The translations under genes and the position numbers were made by a program. Shown piece after piece: positions 1 through 8,746 of a stretch of 48,348 nucleotides of DNA. Source of the DNA: Vulcanimicrobiota bacterium (GTDB lineage Bacteria > Vulcanimicrobiota > Vulcanimicrobiia > Vulcanimicrobiales > Vulcanimicrobiaceae); NCBI GenBank assembly GCA_963786105.1, contig CAWAXX010000020.1:1-48348 (forward strand). The letters run 5' to 3'. Every line of letters begins with the position of its first letter. Position 1 is the stretch's first letter. The notes below the pieces were generated by a model, which saw nothing but the letters and a program-made list of their open reading frames with translations, made no database searches and was not told where the DNA came from.

Positions 1-464
1 GGGCCGCGATCGGTCGTGAGGCATCCGCACGCCTTGAACGCCTCGTCTACCAGCGCTTTGGCAGCAGGATCGTCGCCGCAAATCGGTATATTTGCGCCCG
101 CTTGCGGCAACACGATAAGCGCGCGCACGACCTCGTGCGAGTCGAGCTTACGAGCGAGTAGTTCGGCGCCACGATGGCGCGCGTCGGGACTTCCGTCTAG
201 CGCGTCGATTACCACGCCATCGACTCGCGAACCGATTGCGCTTATGGCCGCGTCGACTTCCTCGCGCGCGCAGGCGAAGATCATGAGTTCACGCGACATC
301 GCCTGCTTGTACGAGTTTTCGGCTTCGACGCCGATGTCGGAGGCCGCCCGGGCGGCTGCACTTTGGCCGCGCGGGTCGCTGAAGGTGACCTCGTGGCCGC
401 CGGAAGCGAGGAGGCGGCCGATGGCGATCGCTCGGGTATCCGAGCCCACGATTCCGATTTTCAT
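1..464 (-). CDS. NADP/F420-dependent oxidoreductase-like Rossmann-fold protein, 3' end outside window
   Basis: Not in the ORF track; translated by hand from ATG at 464: MKIGIVGSDTRAIAIGRLLASGGHEVTFSDP...VVIDA...IPICGDDPAAKALV. The layout matches the F420_oxidored family, and the frame is open to the window edge. Confidence 0.7.
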   Translation of the reverse strand, partial: MKIGIVGSDTRAIAIGRLLASGGHEVTFSDPRGQSAAARAASDIGVEAENSYKQAMSRELMIFACAREEVDAAISAIGSRVDGVVIDALDGSPDARHRGAELLARKLDSHEVVRALIVLPQAGANIPICGDDPAAKALVDEAFKACGCLTTDRG

Positions 465-474
465 GGGTAGAGTC

Positions 475-500
475 GTACCCGGTCCCGGGAACGTCTACAC
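475..500 (-). promoter_or_regulatory. SigB/SigF-like stress promoter candidate (GTGT-N16-GGGTAC)
   Basis: The minus strand reads GTGT-16 nt-GGGTAC, ending 10 nt before the ATG at 464. It resembles the mycobacterial SigF consensus GTTT-N15-17-GGGTA. Confidence 0.4.
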
Positions 501-543
501 CCGCGCTGGTTTTGCGGCTCCCTCGCTCCGCTCGACACCCCGC

Positions 544-572
544 TTGTTTTCAAGCGCCCCCCGCAGTATAAT
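544..572 (+). promoter_or_regulatory. sigma70-type promoter of rpoC
   Basis: TTGTTT (544-549), 17-nt spacer, perfect TATAAT (567-572). Confidence 0.75.
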
Positions 573-698
573 GACCGTCTGTGCCCTGGGCCTTAGGGCG
601 CGGTCAGCGGCAACGGTGGGACCCCTTACGAGCCAACGTGAGGCGCGATCCCTGCGTCAGCGGCGACCGGCGGCACGGCAACCGACGGAGTCCTCCCC

Positions 699-3600
699 TT
701 GAATCTGATCGACGTCAACAACTTCGACGCGATGCGCATCGGCCTCGCGTCGCCGGAGCAAATCCGCGCGTGGTCCTTTGGCGAAGTCAAGAAACCCGAA
801 ACGATCAATTACCGCACGCTTAAGCCGGAGCGAGACGGTCTGTTCTGCGAGAAGATTTTCGGGCCAACCAAAGATTGGGAGTGTCACTGCGGCAAGTACA
901 AGCGCATTCGGTTCAAAGGCATGATCTGCGACCGCTGCGGCGTCGAGATCACGCGCGCGAAAGTGCGGCGCGAGCGCATGGGCCATATCGAGCTTGCCAC
1001 CCCGGTGAGCCACATTTGGTACCTCAAGGGCGTGCCCAGCCGCATCGGCATCCTGCTCGACATGTCCCCACGACAGCTTGAGAAGGTCATTTATTTCGCC
1101 GCGTACGTGGTGATCGATCCCGGCGATACGACGCTGACCAAGCGCGAGGTGCTGTCGGAGCAGAAGTATCGTGAAGCCCGCGAAAAATTCGGCAATCGGT
1201 TCAAAGCCGGCATGGGCGCGGAAGCCATTCGGGAGTTGCTACGCGACCTAAACCTACGCCGCAACCAAGAGGATCTTCGCAAAGAATTCAAAGAGACGAC
1301 CGGTCAAAAGCGACTCAAGGCAATCAAACGTCTCGAAGTCGTCGAAGCGTTTCTTGCCAGCGGAAACAAGCCCGAGTGGATGGTGCTGGCCGCGGTCCCG
1401 GTGATCGCCCCCGAACTGCGACCGATGGTCCAGCTCGACGGCGGCCGGTTTGCTACGTCGGACCTCAACGATCTCTACCGCCGGGTCATTAACCGCAACA
1501 ATCGCCTCAAGCGGTTGCTCGAGCTTAACGCACCTGAAATCATCATCAAAAACGAAAAGCGCATGCTGCAAGAGGCGGTCGACGCGCTGATCGATAACGG
1601 CCGCCGCGGCCGTCCGGTTACGGGACCCAACAATCGGCCCCTCAAATCGCTGTCGGACATCCTCAAAGGTAAGCAGGGCCGCTTCAGGCAGAACTTGCTA
1701 GGTAAGCGCGTCGATTACTCGGGCCGATCGGTCATCGTCGTCGGTCCGACGCTGCGCCTTCATCAGTGCGGGTTGCCCAAAGAGATGGCGCTCGAGCTTT
1801 TCAAACCGTTCGTGATGAAGAAGCTCGTCGATCGCGCCCTCGCACATAACATCAAGAGCGCGAAGCGCATGGTCGAGCGCGTGCGGCCGGAAGTGTGGGA
1901 CGTCCTCGAGGAAGTCATCAAAGAGCACCCGGTGTTGCTCAATCGCGCACCGACGCTGCACCGGCTCGGCATCCAGGCTTTCGAGCCCGTGCTGGTTGAA
2001 GGCAAGGCCATTCACTTGCATCCGCTCGTTTGCACGCCGTACAATGCCGATTTCGACGGCGACCAGATGGCCGTGCACTTGCCGTTGTCGGCGGGAGCGC
2101 AGGCCGAAGCTCGCATCTTGATGCTGTCTTCAAACAACATCTTGTTGCCGGCCTACGGTAACCCGGTGTCGATTCCGACCCAAGACATGGTGTTGGGTCT
2201 GTACTACCTCACGTTCCATCGGGACGAGTACTCCGGACCGGCGAAGGCTGCCGTAGTCGACGACTACGAACAGTTTCCTCGAGCTGCGAATAAGAACGCG
2301 CCGGCATCCGACGCTCCGGGCGCGATTCCGACGTTTTATGATCCGAAGGAAGCCGTCATCGCCTACGAGACGCGCAACGTCGGCTTGCAAGAATGGGTGT
2401 ACGTTCGCTGGAACGGCGAGCTGACCAAAACGACGATCGGGCGCGTTATCTTCAACATGGCGTTTCCCGAGCGCTGGGATCACGCATTCGTTAATAAGAT
2501 CATCGACAAAGGTGCGCTGAAGAAGACGATTACCGACTGCTATCGCAAGTACGGTAACGCCGAAACGGCGCGCTTCCTGGACGCCATCAAGGATCTCGGC
2601 TTCCACTTCGCGACGCTCTCGGGCACGACGGTTTCCATCAACGACATCATCGTTCCAGATGAGAAGTATGCGATCGTCGGCAAAGCGCAGGACGAGGTTG
2701 ACGAGCTGCATCGGCTCTTCGATCAGGGTTTCATCTCCGACGATGAGCAGTACAACAAGACGATCGAGATTTGGTCGCGTGCCTCCGAAGAAGTCACCAG
2801 CGCCATGCAAGCGGCGCAGAATCCGCTCAACCCGGTATTCATGATGGCGACCTCCGGTGCGCGCGGTTCTATCGCGCAGGTCAAGCAGCTCGGCGGTATG
2901 CGCGGGTTGATGTCGGATCCGTCTGGCCGCATCCTCGAGATTCCGGTCAAAGCCTCGCTCAAGGAAGGGCTCACGGTACTCGAATACTTCATCTCGACCC
3001 ACGGTGCGCGTAAGGGTCTGGCCGACACGGCGCTGCGTACCGCCGACTCCGGCTACTTGACGCGCCGTTTGGTCGACGTCGCGCAAGACGTCATCATCCG
3101 TGAGGAAGACTGCGGTACGAGTAACGGCATCACGGTCAGCGACATTCGCGTCGGCAAAGAAGTGATCGAGCCTTTGACGGATCGTATCATCGGGCGACGG
3201 GCCGCGGAAGAAGTTCGGCTCGAGCCCAAGCGTCCGACGACGGCGATCGTTACCCGCGGTCAGGAAATCGACGAGGAGAAGGCTCGCGCGTTGATCGAGG
3301 CAGGCGTTCATCAAGTGAAGATTCGCTCGGTGCTCACCTGCCAGTCGAAGTACGGCGTCTGTTCGATGTGCTATGGGCGCGATCTCGCCACCGGTAACAA
3401 AGCCGACATCGGCACCGCGGTGGGCATCATTGCCGCGCAGTCGATTGGCGAACCGGGGACGCAGCTTACCTTGCGCACGTTCCACACCGGCGGCGTTGCC
3501 ACCGAAGACATCATCACCGGCCTGCCGCGCGTCGAAGAAATCTTCGAAGCGCGCAAACCGAAAGGCCAAGCAACCATCACCGAAGTCGCCGGAATCGTAA

Positions 3601-4490
3601 AGTTCGGCGAAGATCGCAACAAACGCATCTTGTTAGTGGTGGACGAGGCGGGTGAAGAGCACGAGTACGACGTTCCCCATGGAACGCATCTCGTGGTGCA
3701 CGAGGGCGATCAGGTGCAGCCGGGCGAACAGCTCAACGAAGGGTCGCTGAATCCGCACGACATTTTGCGCATTAAGGGCGAGACGGCCTTGCAGAACTAT
3801 CTCGTGCAGGAAGTGCAAAAAGTCTACCGGTCGCAAGGCGTCGACATCAATGACAAGCATATCGAGGTAATCGTGCGCGCGATGTTGCGCAAGGTGAAGA
3901 TCGTCGAGGGCGGCGATACGCTGATGCTGCCGGGCCAACTCATCGAGGCGGCGCAGTTCCACGAGGCCAACGAGCGCGTGCGCTCCGAGGGTAAGGAAGT
4001 CGCGACAGCCAACCCGGTGCTGCTCGGCGTGACCAAGGCCTCGCTGGCGACGGAATCATTCCTGTCGGCGGCGAGCTTCCAGGAGACGACGCGAGTGCTC
4101 ACCGACGCGGCGATCAAGGGTAAATACGATCCGCTGCTCGGCCTGAAAGAGAACGTCATCATCGGCAAACTCATACCGGCGGGTACCGGCATGTCGCGCT
4201 ACCGTAACGTCGAGATCGTCCCGGAAGGGCAAGACGTCGACGACGACGGCCGGCCACGGCAGGAATACGAAGCAGCGTTTGCCGCGATGACGGCCGACGA
4301 CGCCGCGTTGGCGGAGGTGATGGGCGGTAACGGGGACGGTATGAGCCGTTTGGTAACCGCCTACGAGCGGAACCGCGAGCCGTTGACGGTCCAGTACGAG
4401 GGTGACTACGAAGACCACGTCAGCGTCCAGGCTCCGCCCAAGAAGACGCAATACGACAAGCTGAAGGGCATTAACCCCGAGGACTTGTAG
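699..4490 (+). CDS. rpoC: DNA-directed RNA polymerase subunit beta'
   Basis: [10 protein letters not shown], Zn-finger cysteines, catalytic NADFDGD, trigger loop [28 protein letters not shown] start with GGAG upstream. Confidence 0.99.
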   Translation: MNLIDVNNFDAMRIGLASPEQIRAWSFGEVKKPETINYRTLKPERDGLFCEKIFGPTKDWECHCGKYKRIRFKGMICDRCGVEITRAKVRRERMGHIELATPVSHIWYLKGVPSRIGILLDMSPRQLEKVIYFAAYVVIDPGDTTLTKREVLSEQKYREAREKFGNRFKAGMGAEAIRELLRDLNLRRNQEDLRKEFKETTGQKRLKAIKRLEVVEAFLASGNKPEWMVLAAVPVIAPELRPMVQLDGGRFATSDLNDLYRRVINRNNRLKRLLELNAPEIIIKNEKRMLQEAVDALIDNGRRGRPVTGPNNRPLKSLSDILKGKQGRFRQNLLGKRVDYSGRSVIVVGPTLRLHQCGLPKEMALELFKPFVMKKLVDRALAHNIKSAKRMVERVRPEVWDVLEEVIKEHPVLLNRAPTLHRLGIQAFEPVLVEGKAIHLHPLVCTPYNADFDGDQMAVHLPLSAGAQAEARILMLSSNNILLPAYGNPVSIPTQDMVLGLYYLTFHRDEYSGPAKAAVVDDYEQFPRAANKNAPASDAPGAIPTFYDPKEAVIAYETRNVGLQEWVYVRWNGELTKTTIGRVIFNMAFPERWDHAFVNKIIDKGALKKTITDCYRKYGNAETARFLDAIKDLGFHFATLSGTTVSINDIIVPDEKYAIVGKAQDEVDELHRLFDQGFISDDEQYNKTIEIWSRASEEVTSAMQAAQNPLNPVFMMATSGARGSIAQVKQLGGMRGLMSDPSGRILEIPVKASLKEGLTVLEYFISTHGARKGLADTALRTADSGYLTRRLVDVAQDVIIREEDCGTSNGITVSDIRVGKEVIEPLTDRIIGRRAAEEVRLEPKRPTTAIVTRGQEIDEEKARALIEAGVHQVKIRSVLTCQSKYGVCSMCYGRDLATGNKADIGTAVGIIAAQSIGEPGTQLTLRTFHTGGVATEDIITGLPRVEEIFEARKPKGQATITEVAGIVKFGEDRNKRILLVVDEAGEEHEYDVPHGTHLVVHEGDQVQPGEQLNEGSLNPHDILRIKGETALQNYLVQEVQKVYRSQGVDINDKHIEVIVRAMLRKVKIVEGGDTLMLPGQLIEAAQFHEANERVRSEGKEVATANPVLLGVTKASLATESFLSAASFQETTRVLTDAAIKGKYDPLLGLKENVIIGKLIPAGTGMSRYRNVEIVPEGQDVDDDGRPRQEYEAAFAAMTADDAALAEVMGGNGDGMSRLVTAYERNREPLTVQYEGDYEDHVSVQAPPKKTQYDKLKGINPEDL

Positions 4491-4507
4491 CCGCCTCCCG
4501 ACGTAAG

Positions 4508-4538
4508 AAAGCCCGGCCCGACGGCCGGGCTTTTTTTT
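4508..4538 (+). terminator. Intrinsic terminator after rpoC
   Basis: AAAGCCCGGCC-CGAC-GGCCGGGC followed by T8. Confidence 0.92.
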
Positions 4539-4550
4539 AAGCTCGCACGC

Positions 4551-4587
4551 ATCGTGCCACCCAGGTGGCATGATGGGCGCGTACGAT
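4551..4587 (+). promoter_or_regulatory. Palindromic operator TGCCA-N6-TGGCA plus -10 TACGAT
   Basis: ATCGTGCCACC-CA-GGTGGCATGAT inverted repeat. TACGAT at 4582-4587 lies 7 nt before ATG 4595. Same geometry as the site at 8747. Confidence 0.55.
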
Positions 4588-4594
4588 GCCAATC

Positions 4595-5134
4595 ATGGAT
4601 CCTATTTTGGTGGCGCAGCGCTTGCCCAAACTCGCTGAGCGGGCGATGCGGGAGGCAATCGTCAACCTCAGCCTCTCACGCGAGCGCGGTGCGACGTTCC
4701 CTACCCAGCGCGTGCTGGCCGACGACGCCCTCATTCGATTCGAGGGGATGGTGCAGCGAGTCGCTCGGGATGGAATTCGCCCGGCACTTCTCTTCGCAGA
4801 ACGGGATCGCATCGTGGGCGAGCTGCAAGCGTTCGTCGCCGGCAGGCTGGCTTCGCGGTTGTTTGCCGTACGGCGTCGCGACGTTGCGGCGGTCGGTAAG
4901 GAGGCCGATCCGTTCGACGCGATCGTGCGAGGACGGCGTGGCGGGAATTATGGGGTGGTGTTCCGGCGGTTAGTACGCGACGGCAAGCGGCTCGAAGCGA
5001 TGCGCGCCATCCGTGGCGCCGCGCGGGCGTATCGAGGCGGAGAGTTGCGCGGGGTGCTCGTGTACGATTTTACCACTGGGACGATGCGCACGCTGCGCTG
5101 TGGAGCGTCCGACGTCGAACTTGCGGCCGCCTAG
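4595..5134 (+). CDS. Hypothetical protein, possibly a degenerate PD-(D/E)XK fold
   Basis: ORF 4586-5134 in the track; ATG 4595 preferred because it follows a -10 box. PFDAIVRGRRGGNYGVVFR and LRGVLVYDFTTG segments. Confidence 0.6.
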   Translation: MDPILVAQRLPKLAERAMREAIVNLSLSRERGATFPTQRVLADDALIRFEGMVQRVARDGIRPALLFAERDRIVGELQAFVAGRLASRLFAVRRRDVAAVGKEADPFDAIVRGRRGGNYGVVFRRLVRDGKRLEAMRAIRGAARAYRGGELRGVLVYDFTTGTMRTLRCGASDVELAAA

Positions 5135-5169
5135 GTTCGCGCGGTGGGGATGTCGTCTATAATGGACCG

Positions 5170-5760
5170 ATGCATGGAGCGGTCTTCGCAGCAGCGTTGA
5201 TTTTCGACGTCTTGATCTCGGCGGGGCACGAAGGGCGCCCGGCGAGCTGTGCGCATTTTCCACAGCACCGCTGTAACCTGGGCGCCGCCGGCGAACGCGA
5301 CTGGACCCCGATCGTCGCCGATGCCGCCACCCGCATTCTGCGCGCGCACGGTCTAAGCGTTGCCCGCCTTCCCGCCGACTTCGACGGAACGTACCGGGTA
5401 GGTGCAGCGGCCTTCATTCATTTCGATGGGTCTGCGCCGGCATGCCATAGCGGCGCGTCGATCGGCTACCATCGCACACGCGACGAGTCCGGCGCTGCGA
5501 GTTGGCGCGCACTATACGGACGCTATTTTCCTTTTGAGTTTCTTCCCGATAACTTTACGAGCGGGTTACGCGACTACTACGCGTATCGTCAGGTTGATGC
5601 GCGCGACGTTAGTCTGGTCCTGGAGCTCGGTGAGATTACGTGTCCGGCTCAGCACACTTGGCTTTCGCACCGCTTGCAATGGGCCGGCGCGCTCCTGGCG
5701 CACTTCTTGAGCGAGTCCATTGGCAAAGGCGCCGTTCCCGAACCCGGTCCGCCGCTGTGA
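5170..5760 (+). CDS. N-acetylmuramoyl-L-alanine amidase-like protein (Amidase_3 fold)
   Basis: Zn and catalytic motifs in canonical order: VLISAGHEG, GAAGERD, FIHFDG, VLELGEI. Hydrophobic N-terminus. TATAAT at 5158-5163. Confidence 0.7.
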   Translation: MHGAVFAAALIFDVLISAGHEGRPASCAHFPQHRCNLGAAGERDWTPIVADAATRILRAHGLSVARLPADFDGTYRVGAAAFIHFDGSAPACHSGASIGYHRTRDESGAASWRALYGRYFPFEFLPDNFTSGLRDYYAYRQVDARDVSLVLELGEITCPAQHTWLSHRLQWAGALLAHFLSESIGKGAVPEPGPPL

Positions 5761-5905
5761 ACGACGCGTGACCGAAATATTACCGCAAGCGTAAGCTGCC
5801 CAAAAGCCTGCGTCGCCAAGCAAACCGAGCCAAAGGCCTCGCCAGCAAAGGCACGCGTAGGCAATTCTGAGAAGTTCGACGCAATGCATTCGTCCTACGA
5901 TTGCA

Positions 5906-8398
5906 ATGGTGCCGTTGCGTCCTACTGACAGTCGTCCGGGTCTTATCCGGCGGCCGCGCATCATCGATCGCATTGCCTCGGCGAACGCGCGGCCGATCGC
6001 GCTGATCGTCGCTGCCGCCGGTTATGGCAAATCGGTCGCGCTCGATCAATACTTGGCCCCGCTCAGGGGCAACGTCGAGCGTTTCAATGGCTCTACCGTC
6101 CATCGTGAGCTGTTCAAATGGAGCAGCGAGGCACTAGACGGATTTGAGGGCACGGTCGCGATCGACGCCCTTGAAGAAGCGTCCGGCGAAGTCGTCAAAC
6201 GAATAGTAGCCTGGATCGAACGCACGAAGACTCGCGTTCGCTGGATTCTTTCCTCGCGCTCGTCGGTCGGTTTACCGATCGGCACGTGGCTCGCCTACGG
6301 CGACTGTGACCTTGCGATCGGATCCGGCGACCTCCAGTTTACGACCGAGGAGTTAGGTGAGAACGCGCGAGCACTTGGTTTGAAGGTGGAGGAGGCCGCT
6401 CTCGGAGACTTCCTGCGCTTCAGCGGCGGATGGCCCGTAGCCGTGAGCGTTGCCTTCAGGGTTCTTGCCGGATCGGATTCGCGCGAGCTCCACGCGGCGG
6501 TTCGCGAGGCCAGTCAGCATTTTTGGTCGGAGCAGGTCTACGCTGAGATCGGCAACGAGGAGCGTGCGTTGTTGTCGGTTGCCGCAGCTCTGCCGGAGAT
6601 CGACGTACGCATTCTCGACTTGGCAGGTTTCAGGAATTCACTGCACCTGGTTGAGGCGTTTCGCGCGCGAACCGGACTGCTTCACGAAGAGGCAAGCGGT
6701 GTCTATCGGTGTCCCCAACTCTTCTTAGAGTTCCTACGCTACCAGACGTCTCTTCTCGGATCGACCGAATGCGGAGCAGTTCACTTGCGAGCCGCCCGCG
6801 CGCTGGAGGATGCGGGAGACACTGCGTCAGCGTTGACTTCGTACGTGGCCGCCCGCTCACAGTCGGACGTCTTGCGGTTGCTCGAAGTCGCCGGCTTCGA
6901 GTTGCTCGAGCATGGTCTCAGCGAGGCCGTAGCCCTAGCGATCAGCGGCCTCGACGACGCGACACGCCGCGCCAGCCCGCGAATCCTCGCCCTGCGCGGG
7001 GTACTGCAGTCGCTGGCGGGAAATCCAGTTCGCGCCGAAGTGCTGTTGCGCCGAGCGTTGTCACGGTCACAAGGCGACCGCGATCTTAGCGCAGCGGCGA
7101 CTTTAAGACTAGCTCTCTTGTTGACAAATCGTGGTGCCGAGATTGCTGATCTTCTTTTGCCGATAGCTGAGGACGATATGCAGTCGGCCTCTCGCCGTGG
7201 CGAGGCACTATCCTTGTTTGCCGCACAACGAGCGCTAGCAGGCGACGTGGAGCAATCTAAAAGGGCGGTATGCGGAGTCGGCAGGCTTCTTGTCAACATT
7301 GACGTTGATTCCGTGCGTGCCAAGGTTCTGCAGCGAATAGGTGTGGCGGCTATGTATAACGGCGAGGCCGAAGAGGCGCGAGAGGCCTTGGCGCAAGCGG
7401 CTGAACTCGCCATGGAATTGGAAATGTTTAGCTTGGCGAGCCGTGCCTATGCGAACCTATCTAATTTGATGCTTCATCAATTTGATGATGTAGGTTGGCA
7501 GCTGTGGTACGCAGAGCAGGCATCCGTAGCAGCACTCAAGGCTGGCGACGCGTTTGATGTTGAGACAGCATCCCTTCAGTTACTTGACGCGGAACTACGT
7601 TGCGGCAAAATCGAGAGAGGCGCGAACATTGAAAGTCAACTAGCGGAAATGCGGGCCACGGATCAGTCGCGAGCGCACTACCTGATCCCTTCTAAAGCTC
7701 TCCGCCTGGCTTGGGAAGGACACTTTGCCGAGGCTCATCGCCTACTCATACCGTGCTGGAATAGGCTTCACCATGTCGTAGACCGGCTCGTGAGCGGTGC
7801 TCAATGCTCACTTTATCTAGCCGTTGACAGCAAACGGCAAGCCTCAATGGCGCTTATTGCGGAGGTGCTAGCGCTCGCTGATGCCATCGAGCCGCAAGGC
7901 CCTTTTTCCGTTCGTTCCATCGCAATGGCTCGCGTGTTCTGCGCGGTGGCCGAGGCGGTAAACGGGAGGCTTACACATGCGGGACGGATAGGTCGGTGTA
8001 TTGAATCCGACGATGCGGTAGCGATCGTAATGGCGAAGGTTGCCGTCGAGTTCATTGCGTCAATGAGGGCGAGGAGTCGCGAAGCGTTCGAAGCAGTGTC
8101 GCCGTTATTGGAGCGGTTGACTCCGCTCGGATATGCGCACATGAGCCGATTGCTGCAGAGCGTCCAACGGGAATTGATCGCGCAGAGACCGACGGGAAAT
8201 ACAGAGCAGCTGACGAGAGTTGAGCGCGCGATCCTGCGACTTCTTTCCGAGGGGTTGACCCCTAAGGAGATCGCGGATCGGAGGGCGCGCAGCGTTAACA
8301 CGGTGCGCACTCACATCGCCAATGCGATCTCCAAGCTCCGTTGCAATGGCCGAGGGCAGGCCATAGCGCTGAGCCGCCAGATGGGCATTTTGGACTAA
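5906..8398 (+). CDS. MalT-like (LAL/STAND) LuxR-family transcriptional regulator
   Basis: Walker A AAAGYGKS, GGWP motif, TPR-like helical middle, C-terminal LuxR HTH (LTRVERAILRLLSEGLTPKEIA...SVNTVRTH). Confidence 0.92.
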   Translation: MVPLRPTDSRPGLIRRPRIIDRIASANARPIALIVAAAGYGKSVALDQYLAPLRGNVERFNGSTVHRELFKWSSEALDGFEGTVAIDALEEASGEVVKRIVAWIERTKTRVRWILSSRSSVGLPIGTWLAYGDCDLAIGSGDLQFTTEELGENARALGLKVEEAALGDFLRFSGGWPVAVSVAFRVLAGSDSRELHAAVREASQHFWSEQVYAEIGNEERALLSVAAALPEIDVRILDLAGFRNSLHLVEAFRARTGLLHEEASGVYRCPQLFLEFLRYQTSLLGSTECGAVHLRAARALEDAGDTASALTSYVAARSQSDVLRLLEVAGFELLEHGLSEAVALAISGLDDATRRASPRILALRGVLQSLAGNPVRAEVLLRRALSRSQGDRDLSAAATLRLALLLTNRGAEIADLLLPIAEDDMQSASRRGEALSLFAAQRALAGDVEQSKRAVCGVGRLLVNIDVDSVRAKVLQRIGVAAMYNGEAEEAREALAQAAELAMELEMFSLASRAYANLSNLMLHQFDDVGWQLWYAEQASVAALKAGDAFDVETASLQLLDAELRCGKIERGANIESQLAEMRATDQSRAHYLIPSKALRLAWEGHFAEAHRLLIPCWNRLHHVVDRLVSGAQCSLYLAVDSKRQASMALIAEVLALADAIEPQGPFSVRSIAMARVFCAVAEAVNGRLTHAGRIGRCIESDDAVAIVMAKVAVEFIASMRARSREAFEAVSPLLERLTPLGYAHMSRLLQSVQRELIAQRPTGNTEQLTRVERAILRLLSEGLTPKEIADRRARSVNTVRTHIANAISKLRCNGRGQAIALSRQMGILD

Positions 8399-8475
8399 TG
8401 AAATTTACGTAGGGACAAATATTCGGGACGCCGCTACCCTAGGTTCATATCCACTGCCTCTCCTGGAGTAAACCA

Positions 8476-8547
8476 ATGCATCATATGCTCCTCATGCTTC
8501 TCGGCCTCATAGTGGCGATCGTTACGCCGCCGACTCTGATTGCTTGA
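8476..8547 (+). CDS. Small hydrophobic peptide, 23 aa (MHHMLLMLLGLIVAIVTPPTLIA)
   Basis: Below the ORF-track cutoff. GGAG Shine-Dalgarno at 8465-8468, 7 nt before ATG. One hydrophobic stretch. Starts 77 nt after the LuxR stop. Confidence 0.6.
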   Translation: MHHMLLMLLGLIVAIVTPPTLIA

Positions 8548-8588
8548 GGTCGTCGTTCAGCTCTGGCACAGGCCGGGGTAGCAACTAG

Positions 8589-8726
8589 TTCGAGTACCCA
8601 CACGCTCGAGTACCACGACCCGGACACCCACTCTCCCGCGCCGGATACTGATCCGGTTCAGGGAACCTCCACAACCCAGGTCGTGGGCCGGAGGCGCCGC
8701 AAATAGTCGGCGCCTCTTCTCTTTTT
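8589..8726 (+). ncRNA. Candidate structured small RNA (or long structured 3' UTR of the peptide mRNA)
   Basis: Preceded by GTTC-N17-GGGTAG (8555-8581). 5' hairpin TCGAGT/GCTCGA; long stem CCACGACCCGG (8613-8623)/CCAGGTCGTGG (8676-8686) enclosing CCGGAT-ACTG-ATCCGG; C-rich unpaired tracts; ends in a terminator. Confidence 0.45.
8691..8726 (+). terminator. Intrinsic terminator
   Basis: GAGGCGCCG-CAAATAGT-CGGCGCCTC followed by TTCTCTTTTT. Confidence 0.85.
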
Positions 8727-8746
8727 GGGGAAAGGCATTTTTTGAA

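Noticed and set aside
16..702. 228-aa plus-strand ORF
   Set aside because: Ser/Ala/Arg-rich shadow of the real minus-strand gene (1-464); it also runs through the rpoC promoter.
2130..3569. 479-aa minus-strand ORF, and similar antisense ORFs in fusA, tuf and abmA
   Set aside because: Antisense shadows of conserved genes, expected in high-GC DNA.
4566..4580. Possible sigma54 promoter (TGGCATG...GC)
   Set aside because: It lacks TTGC, and the sister site at 8758 has GG-N11-GC rather than N10. The palindrome plus -10 reading fits both sites better.
5649..5864. 71-aa minus-strand ORF with AFG repeats
   Set aside because: TTG start, no SD, overlaps the amidase. The repeats are explained by the CAAA tract.
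8590..8614. TCGAGTACC repeat as a mini-CRISPR
   Set aside because: Only two 9-bp copies 16 bp apart, and no cas genes.
8589..8726. 6S RNA or tRNA identity for the structured element
   Set aside because: GACACCCAC and GGTTCAGGG recall the 6S 3' strand, but the complementary 5' strand is absent. There is no cloverleaf or T-loop.
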